From the NCBI GenBank assembly GCA_964586685.1, contig CAZPGR010000006.1, forward strand, positions 9,391-73,390: a stretch of DNA of 64,000 nt, written 5' to 3'. Source of the stretch: an uncultured Nitrosopumilaceae archaeon (GTDB taxonomy: Archaea > Thermoproteota > Nitrososphaeria > Nitrososphaerales > Nitrosopumilaceae). Below, one piece after another: positions 57,455 through 64,000 of the stretch; the first letter of the stretch is position 1; each line of letters starts with the position of its first letter. Below the pieces are notes generated by a model, which was given only the letters and a program-made list of their open reading frames with translations, did no database searches and was not told where the DNA came from. The position numbers were made by a program, and so were the translations under genes.

Positions 57455-57883
57455 TTACTGCATTTGATTACGATTTGATTGTATAAGTTTGTTCATTTCA
57501 TGTTGTCCTTGTTCAAGTTTCATGGATACTTCTTGTCGTTGTGATGCCAATTGTTGCAACACCATCTCAAGTTCCTTGATTCGAGATTCCATGTAGTTGA
57601 TTGCAGAATTTTTGTCTTGTTCTACAGAAGCTCCTGCACCAATATTTACAATCATTTTTTGTTCAGGATTTATTTTTGCTTTAACATAGACTCCAAGACC
57701 CACTGGTACGAGTGTCTCACATTCTACATTTCCAATCATTCCCTTCATGGATTCTACTGCACTTGCAGCCTCTTGCAAGAGTCTCATAATAGTTTCTTCT
57801 CGCTGCACTAAATCAGTCAGGTAAGATTCCATGGCTTGCAACTGCTGCATCAGGGCCTGAGCTTGTTCTTCACTCATTTGCAA
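57455..57883 (-). CDS. pfdA: prefoldin alpha subunit
   Basis: LVPVG.GVY.KA...IVNIGAG..VE; upstream of ftsY. Confidence 0.94.
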   Translation of the reverse strand: MQMSEEQAQALMQQLQAMESYLTDLVQREETIMRLLQEAASAVESMKGMIGNVECETLVPVGLGVYVKAKINPEQKMIVNIGAGASVEQDKNSAINYMESRIKELEMVLQQLASQRQEVSMKLEQGQHEMNKLIQSNRNQMQ

Positions 57884-57944
57884 AAAATTCCCTTATTGAC
57901 TATAAATTCATTCTGAAAGTACAAAAACAAAAAGAAGAAAGGAA

Positions 57945-58568
57945 TTATGCCTTTGCCTTTGAAAGTTTTGCGTCTACTTCATCCCAGTTTACTACGTTCC
58001 ACCATGCGTTAACATAGTCTGCACGTCGATTCTGGTATTTCAGATAGTAGGCGTGCTCCCAAACATCCAATCCCAACAACGGTACAAGACCTTTGGTTCG
58101 TGGACTTGTTTGGTTTGGCATTGTAGTAAACTCGACTTTTGCTGTTTGAGGATTGTAAGCTAACCAGCCCCAACCACTTCCTTGTATAGCAATGGTATCC
58201 TTGACGAATTTTTCTTTGAAGCTGTCAAAGTTTCCAAACGCAGTGTTAATAGCTTCTTCTAAGCTACCTCCTGGTTTTCCACCACCACTTGGTTTCATGT
58301 TATTCCAAAACAGAGCATGGTTTTCATAACCTCCTCCGTGAAAATTCACTGCACCCCTAACATTTTCTGGAACTTGATTCAAGTTTGAAAGTAACTTGGG
58401 CAGTTCCATGTTTTGTAGTTCGGCACTAAGATTTGCTAGTGCATTGTTCAAGCCATCAGTATATGCTTGATGATGCTTTGTGTGATGAATCTCCATTGTC
58501 TTGGCATCAATGTGTGGCTCCAAGGAATCATACGAGTATGGTACTTTTGGAAGTTCATATTTTGCCAT
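57945..58568 (-). CDS. sod: Fe/Mn superoxide dismutase
   Basis: HHTKHH, NH..FW, DVWEHAYY; start set at MAKYELP. Confidence 0.97.
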   Translation of the reverse strand: MAKYELPKVPYSYDSLEPHIDAKTMEIHHTKHHQAYTDGLNNALANLSAELQNMELPKLLSNLNQVPENVRGAVNFHGGGYENHALFWNNMKPSGGGKPGGSLEEAINTAFGNFDSFKEKFVKDTIAIQGSGWGWLAYNPQTAKVEFTTMPNQTSPRTKGLVPLLGLDVWEHAYYLKYQNRRADYVNAWWNVVNWDEVDAKLSKAKA

Positions 58569-58644
58569 AAATCTCCCAAGTCTTTCTTGCAATTTATGGC
58601 TTTGGTTGCAAATGCATTTTATCTGGCCCCGACCCAGATACAAC

Positions 58645-60669
58645 GTGATAGAGAAATTACTAATTTTTTCTCTTGTTTTTGTTTTATGCATTACATACTT
58701 TATTTCAGATTCTGTCGGAGAAAGTCTTTCAAAAAGCATTCAGTTAGTTGGAGTTCAGATCCCAAGACAACATGGTCTAAACGGTCAAGGAGTAAAAATC
58801 GGAATAATAGATACAGGCATTGATTTTGATCATCCAGACTTGTTAGGCTATGGCAAGTCAGGAAGAGTTGTCGGAGGATACGACTATGTCAACACAGATG
58901 AAGAACCAAATGATGTCAACGGTCACGGTACAGAAGTTGCAGGCATAATTGGCGCAAATGGAAGTTTTTCAGGCATGGCACCACAATCCCAATTGTTCTC
59001 ATACAAGGTATCATCAACTGGAGAATCTGTCTCATCGGACTATATCATACAGGCAATATCTCGTGCCATAGAAGACAAGATGAATGTGGTAAACATCAGC
59101 CTTGGAGTAAACAAGACTAATGACGAATTAGAAAATGCAGTAGATGGCGCAGTGGACAAGGGAATTGTGGTAGTCACAGCAGCTGGAAACAATGGACCTG
59201 ACGACAAGACCATTGGAAGTCCTGGCAGGGATTATAGCGTGATAACAGTTGGAGCATCATACAACAACATAACATCAAGTCTTGTATCAACTCTTAAAAT
59301 TGGAAGCAAGCAGTATGACGTACTGCCAATGCGGGGTACTGACATTTTGAAAAATCCAGTAACGGGCAAGATAATTTATGGCGGATATGGAAGAAACAAG
59401 GATCTTGAAAATCTAAATGTCAAGGATTCCATATTACTGGAGCAACGAGGCAGTGACATAAAAGGTGAGAAAGTATTTTTTTCTGAAAAAGAAAAAAATG
59501 CTGCAGACCGTGGCGCAAGAGCATTGATAATATTTAACAATCAGAGTGGAATTTTTTTTGGGGAACTAGTCGGACCCAATTCAACTAAGGGTTACCACCC
59601 AAGGATTCCAGTCATTTCCATGTCAGGAGGTGACGGTCTCAAATTGAGATCGATGTTAAAAAACAACACAGAGGGCAACTTGGACATATTTTATCACCCA
59701 GATTTTGTAGCACCATTTAGTTCGCGCGGACCAGTTTCGCCATTTTACACAAAACCAGATCTTGTTGCCCCCGGAGTATATGTTAACACAACATCAATTG
59801 ACGGAAAATACAACTTGACTAGCGGGACTAGCATAGCAGCACCCCATGTTACTGGAGCAGTAGCCATGTTATTACAGAAATATCCATACTTGGACCCAAC
59901 ATCAATAGCGTCGCTGATAACTACAACAACAGATCCTGTCACAGATGCCTATGGTAAGGCATTTCCAATTGATGTGGCAGGAAGCGGCAGGCTAAATATC
60001 ACAAGAGCAAGTTCTGCAAATCTAATCATCATACCACATGAACTAGTGTTTAACCTCTCATATGAGAATCCCAATGAAACCAGAATGCTGCAATTGCACC
60101 CAATTGACAATTCCACAATTTCAAAATTAAAAGTTCGATTCTCATCAGACGAACCAAACCTTGTTTTCAATTATACTGTTACCAACAATACAATAAATGC
60201 CCAGATCACAGATAACACAAAAAAGCCAGGAGATTATGAAGGGTTCATAATAATTGACGACATGAAAACTGTATACCATGTACCGGTACTGGTCCATGTC
60301 ACAAAGGGAACGTTGAAGGCAACCCAGAACAACACGCATGTCGGTTTTTCAATCAGTTATCCAGACAAGTGGTCATATGCAAAAATTTCTTTGACAAAGG
60401 CAGGCTCACGTGATGTCAAAACAGTTGGAATAACACCACAAGAGTCAAGAGAAATTATCATACACAGCACAGGAGAATATTGGATACAATCAGACATCAA
60501 GGTAGGAAATGAAACTGATCATGCATACTATACATTAATGGTAAATCACATCCAAGACAATTATTTTGACATGGATAACATTTTGCAGATTCCAATCAAG
60601 CAGGTGATAATCATTTCAGCCATCATAATCATTGCAGCAATAGTTACACTGGTACTAAAACGCAGATAA
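58645..60669 (+). CDS. S8 subtilisin-like protease with PA domain and C-terminal TM anchor
   Basis: IDTGID, HGTEVAG, GTSIAAPHV triad; probable GTG start ahead of the signal peptide. Confidence 0.93.
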   Translation: MIEKLLIFSLVFVLCITYFISDSVGESLSKSIQLVGVQIPRQHGLNGQGVKIGIIDTGIDFDHPDLLGYGKSGRVVGGYDYVNTDEEPNDVNGHGTEVAGIIGANGSFSGMAPQSQLFSYKVSSTGESVSSDYIIQAISRAIEDKMNVVNISLGVNKTNDELENAVDGAVDKGIVVVTAAGNNGPDDKTIGSPGRDYSVITVGASYNNITSSLVSTLKIGSKQYDVLPMRGTDILKNPVTGKIIYGGYGRNKDLENLNVKDSILLEQRGSDIKGEKVFFSEKEKNAADRGARALIIFNNQSGIFFGELVGPNSTKGYHPRIPVISMSGGDGLKLRSMLKNNTEGNLDIFYHPDFVAPFSSRGPVSPFYTKPDLVAPGVYVNTTSIDGKYNLTSGTSIAAPHVTGAVAMLLQKYPYLDPTSIASLITTTTDPVTDAYGKAFPIDVAGSGRLNITRASSANLIIIPHELVFNLSYENPNETRMLQLHPIDNSTISKLKVRFSSDEPNLVFNYTVTNNTINAQITDNTKKPGDYEGFIIIDDMKTVYHVPVLVHVTKGTLKATQNNTHVGFSISYPDKWSYAKISLTKAGSRDVKTVGITPQESREIIIHSTGEYWIQSDIKVGNETDHAYYTLMVNHIQDNYFDMDNILQIPIKQVIIISAIIIIAAIVTLVLKRR

Positions 60670-60671
60670 GA

Positions 60672-62276
60672 CTAGGCGTGTGGACCGGCATCTTTTATTT
60701 CTGGAGCAACATTTCCAAATTTCTTAAAGTTTTCCACAAACATCAGGGCCAGTTTTTTTGCAGATAAATCATATGCGTCCTTGTCAGACCATGTGTTTCT
60801 TGGATTTAGCACTTCAGGTGGAACATCAGGACATGAAACCGGGACATCAAAGTTAAAGATTTGATCGCGCCTATACTGTACTTTATTCAACTCTCCTGAG
60901 AGCGCTGCAGTTACCATGCTTCTAGTATAATGAATATTCATTCTCTTTCCAATTCCATATGGCCCGCCTGACCAACCTGTATTTATCAAATATACCACAG
61001 TATTGTGTTTTGTAATTTTTTCACCAAGTAATTTTGCATAAACTGATGCATGTCTCGACATGAAAGGAGCACCAAAGCACTCTGAGAATGTAGCCCGCGG
61101 TTCAGTTATTCCCCTCTCAGTACCTGCAAGCTTGCTTGTATATCCTGACATAAAGTGATACATTGCACCTTCTTTTGTGAGCCGGGCTATTGGTGGAAGT
61201 ACGCCAAATGCATCTGCTGTTAGAAATATTATGACTTGAGGGTTTCCGCCAAGACTTGGTATCACTGCACCAGGAATATAATCAAGAGGATAAGCTGCTC
61301 TAGTGTTTTCTGTAAGACTGCCATCATTGAAATCTGGCATCATTGTTTTTTTGTCAATCACAACATTTTCCAGCACTGCTCCAGATCTTATCGCATCCCA
61401 GATTTGTGGTTCTGCATCTTTGTTTAGATTGATGCATTTTGCATAGCATCCACCTTCAAAATTAAAAACGCCCTTGTCTGACCAACCATGTTCATCATCA
61501 CCAATTAGTTTACGATTTGAATCAGCAGACAATGTAGTTTTTCCAGTACCTGAAAGACCAAAGAACAAAGCAGTGTCACCATTCTTTCCAATATTAGCAG
61601 AGCAGTGCATTGGAAAGACGCCGCGCGATGGCAAGATGTAATTCATTACAGAGAACATTGCTTTTTTTATCTCTCCAGCATATGATGTTGCTCCAATCAA
61701 GACAACTTTTTTTGTATAATTGAGGAGGATGAATGTATCAGTTTTTGTGCCATCAACTTCAGGAGTTGCTTTGAAATCATTTAGTGCAATAACAGTATAC
61801 TCTGGCTTATGAGACTCTAGCTCTGTTGCAGTAGGTCTGATGAAAAGTTGTCTGACAAACAAGCTTTGCCATGGGTGGTCAGTTATGATTCGGATTGGTA
61901 ATCTGTGTTCAGGATCTGCACCAACAAATCCATCAAAGATAAAGACCTCTTTTCCATCAATGTGTTTTTTCATCTTTTCAAATATTTTATCAAACTTGTC
62001 TTCTGGAAAAGAGTGATTGATTTTACCCCAGTCAACAGTATTGTGAGTCTGTTCATCATCTACTATGAAACGATCATCAGGAGAGCGTCCAGTGTATTTT
62101 CCGGTTTTTACTGCCATGGCACCATTTGCAGTAAGAATACCTTCATTTTTTTCCTCGATTAGATCAATGAGATTTTTTACTTCCAAGTTTCGCTGTATTT
62201 TTGCGGGCTTTATTCCCATTTGCTCCAATTGTGATACAACGTGACGAGTGATCGTAGGCTCCAAATCCTCTATCAT
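60672..62276 (-). CDS. pckA: phosphoenolpyruvate carboxykinase (ATP)
   Basis: TGRSP, GLSGTGKTTLS, IGDDEHGW, ENTR; start uncertain. Confidence 0.97.
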   Translation of the reverse strand: MIEDLEPTITRHVVSQLEQMGIKPAKIQRNLEVKNLIDLIEEKNEGILTANGAMAVKTGKYTGRSPDDRFIVDDEQTHNTVDWGKINHSFPEDKFDKIFEKMKKHIDGKEVFIFDGFVGADPEHRLPIRIITDHPWQSLFVRQLFIRPTATELESHKPEYTVIALNDFKATPEVDGTKTDTFILLNYTKKVVLIGATSYAGEIKKAMFSVMNYILPSRGVFPMHCSANIGKNGDTALFFGLSGTGKTTLSADSNRKLIGDDEHGWSDKGVFNFEGGCYAKCINLNKDAEPQIWDAIRSGAVLENVVIDKKTMMPDFNDGSLTENTRAAYPLDYIPGAVIPSLGGNPQVIIFLTADAFGVLPPIARLTKEGAMYHFMSGYTSKLAGTERGITEPRATFSECFGAPFMSRHASVYAKLLGEKITKHNTVVYLINTGWSGGPYGIGKRMNIHYTRSMVTAALSGELNKVQYRRDQIFNFDVPVSCPDVPPEVLNPRNTWSDKDAYDLSAKKLALMFVENFKKFGNVAPEIKDAGPHA

Positions 62277-62378
62277 CTGGTAAGACGATTCCCTATGAAA
62301 ATCCTTATTATCTCTTCGGATCACGGCAGACTGAGCAAGAAACGTATTTATTGTAAAAATTTAGTCAAAGTCGTGTAC

Positions 62379-62780
62379 ATGCCCATCAATAAAGAAGCTC
62401 TCGATCTTAGAAGAAAGGTAGCTGAACATAGACCAGACTTTGTAAGACAAGAGAGTTGGAGATATGCCAGGCTTGCAGAAACATGGAGAAAGCCAAAGGG
62501 TATGGACAATCATCAAAGAAAGCAGAAGAAAGGATGGCCAGCTTTAGTACGAGTAGGATATGGCGGACCAAAGATCGCAAGAGGACTGCATCCTTCAGGA
62601 TTTACTGATAATTTAGTTTACAACTTGAAAGACTTGGAAAAACTTGATCCAAAGAAAGACGGTGTCAGATTTGGTCATGGAGTAGGAAAGAAGAAGAGAA
62701 ATGAAATAATTACAAAAGCAATAGAGAAGAACTTTAAAGTATTCAACGCAAGGGTGTCAGCTAGTGGTAGTAAATCTTAA
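62379..62780 (+). CDS. rpl32e: 50S ribosomal protein eL32
   Basis: F.RQESWRY.RL..WRKPKG, VGYG, RGLHPSG; start set at MPINK. Confidence 0.96.
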   Translation: MPINKEALDLRRKVAEHRPDFVRQESWRYARLAETWRKPKGMDNHQRKQKKGWPALVRVGYGGPKIARGLHPSGFTDNLVYNLKDLEKLDPKKDGVRFGHGVGKKKRNEIITKAIEKNFKVFNARVSASGSKS

Positions 62781-63213
62781 GTCCAAAAGGCAGCTAGTCT
62801 CCAGAATTCTTGGAGTCGGAGTAGGTCGAGTAAGATTTGATCCTGAATATCTAGATGATGTAACTGATGCAATCACTCGTGATAACATTAGAAGTTTGAT
62901 AACTGCAGGTACAATCCAAGTAAAACCAATTGTTGGAACTTCAAAAGGAAGAGCACATTTTAAGAAAGCTCAAAGACGCAAACGTGGTACTAAACAAGGT
63001 TCTAAAAAAGGAAGAAAGGGTTCCAGAGTAGGAAAGAAGGAAGTATACGTCAAGAGAATAAGAGCAATGAGACACCAACTAAAAGTTTCAAAATCAAGAA
63101 AAGAGATACCAAATGAAAGTTACTGGAAACTCTACAAACAAGTCGGTGGAAACCAAGTAAGAAACTTGGCTCACCTCAGAAGCTTGATAGAAGAAGTTCG
63201 CTCAAAGAAGTAA
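62764..63213 (+). CDS. rpl19e: 50S ribosomal protein eL19
   Basis: AITRDNIR.LI, GS.KG. Confidence 0.96.
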   Translation: MVVNLKSKRQLVSRILGVGVGRVRFDPEYLDDVTDAITRDNIRSLITAGTIQVKPIVGTSKGRAHFKKAQRRKRGTKQGSKKGRKGSRVGKKEVYVKRIRAMRHQLKVSKSRKEIPNESYWKLYKQVGGNQVRNLAHLRSLIEEVRSKK

Positions 63214-63215
63214 AT

Positions 63216-63512
63216 TCAAAATCTATAGATTTCATCTTTATCAAGAATTTTTCCTTTCTTGATTTGTACTCCCTCTTTTGAAAGCATGTTGGTCTTTATT
63301 TTCTCTCCCCATGCATAACCACCTATCTTGCCACTTGACAAAATTACCCTATGACATGGAACTATGACAGGAAAAGGATTTTTGTTCATGATTCTTCCAA
63401 TTGCACGTTGCCCATTTTTCAGACCAACTGCCTTTGCCAACTCGCCGTAGGTTGTCACCTTACCTTTTGGGACCTTTAGGAGTTTTTCATACACCTTGTG
63501 CTCAAGTTTCAA
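63216..63512 (-). CDS. ogt: O6-alkylguanine DNA alkyltransferase (MGMT family, C-terminal domain only)
   Basis: GKVTTYG, RAIG, PCHRV active site. Confidence 0.9.
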   Translation of the reverse strand: MKLEHKVYEKLLKVPKGKVTTYGELAKAVGLKNGQRAIGRIMNKNPFPVIVPCHRVILSSGKIGGYAWGEKIKTNMLSKEGVQIKKGKILDKDEIYRF

Positions 63513-64000
63513 ATTTTTATCATTTCCAGGTTGGTTGAATTTATCATTTCAACTATTTTTTGTTTACTCTTTCCAAGTCCACTCCAATCCACTAGAGCAA
63601 ATTTGGCCTCGGTGTTTCGTTGTAGTACATGATCAAAAAGTTCCAGATCTATCATATCAAGACCATGTTTTGGAACAACGGTCCCCAATGCAAGATCGCC
63701 CTCAAGTAATTCTTTATTGAATTTACCAGGATAGTGAGTTCCTCCAAAGCATATTGCTACATCATGTTTTTTTGGCGATTCAGACATTTCCTGCAGAATA
63801 ATTTCTGCTACATTTTCACACAGTTGCTTGTCAGTCCATTCTTTTTCAGTAGTACCTATTTCAATGAATAAGGTAGGCTTGCTCAGAGATGTAGGTCCAT
63901 GATGAGTTGCTTCAATTGTTATGTCAAATTTTGAGAAAGTATCACGTTCTTCCCATAACCTCTTCATGTATGATTTTTGCAAATGTGGGTGAGGTATTGC
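63509..64000 (-). CDS. dtdA: D-aminoacyl-tRNA deacylase (archaeal DtdA), 5'-truncated by the window
   Basis: EATHHGP, FIEIG, GGTHY motifs. Confidence 0.92.
   Translation of the reverse strand, partial: AIPHPHLQKSYMKRLWEERDTFSKFDITIEATHHGPTSLSKPTLFIEIGTTEKEWTDKQLCENVAEIILQEMSESPKKHDVAICFGGTHYPGKFNKELLEGDLALGTVVPKHGLDMIDLELFDHVLQRNTEAKFALVDWSGLGKSKQKIVEMINSTNLEMIKI

Noticed and set aside
58501..58739. Apparent long head-to-head overlap of sod and the S8 protease
   Set aside because: This is an artefact of longest-ORF starts. The likely starts at 58568 and 58645 leave a normal divergent promoter. The same applies to pckA/rpl32e and to leuC.

Overview
This is core chromosome from an ammonia-oxidising archaeon (Nitrososphaerota/Thaumarchaeota). 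A Nitrosopumilales, possibly Nitrosotalea-like, assignment is inferred from gene content: archaeal ribosomal proteins and exosome, cofE, PSWIKNNA-type surface repeats, a PEF-CTERM protein and sbtAB. Housekeeping blocks are the exosome superoperon (xpf-pfdB-pcc1-rpl37ae-rrp42/41/4-sdo1), rpoD-rpl18e-rpl13-rps9, two tandem LeuC/LeuD-family pairs, a 2-oxoacid:ferredoxin oxidoreductase, a split spc-type cluster, argF-ftsY-pfdA, sod, pckA and three tRNAs (Glu, Gly, intron-containing Ser). AT-rich accessory patches lie at about 15.8-18.7, 31.2-36.3 and 43.2-48.5 kb. The best leads are: (1) a wHTH/coiled-coil protein plus AAA+ ATPase operon with a helically phased GGT(A/G)A repeat and palindrome upstream; (2) an arsM-arsC-aquaporin operon with no ArsR or Acr3, facing a Cys-Cys HxlR-family regulator across a perfect operator-like palindrome; (3) a box C/D sRNA; (4) several Cys/His microproteins missed by the ORF track, including an 8-Cys 44-aa peptide ending in Gly-Gly. 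I saw no CRISPR array, rRNA or intact transposase. All calls come from reading motifs, and no database searches were run.
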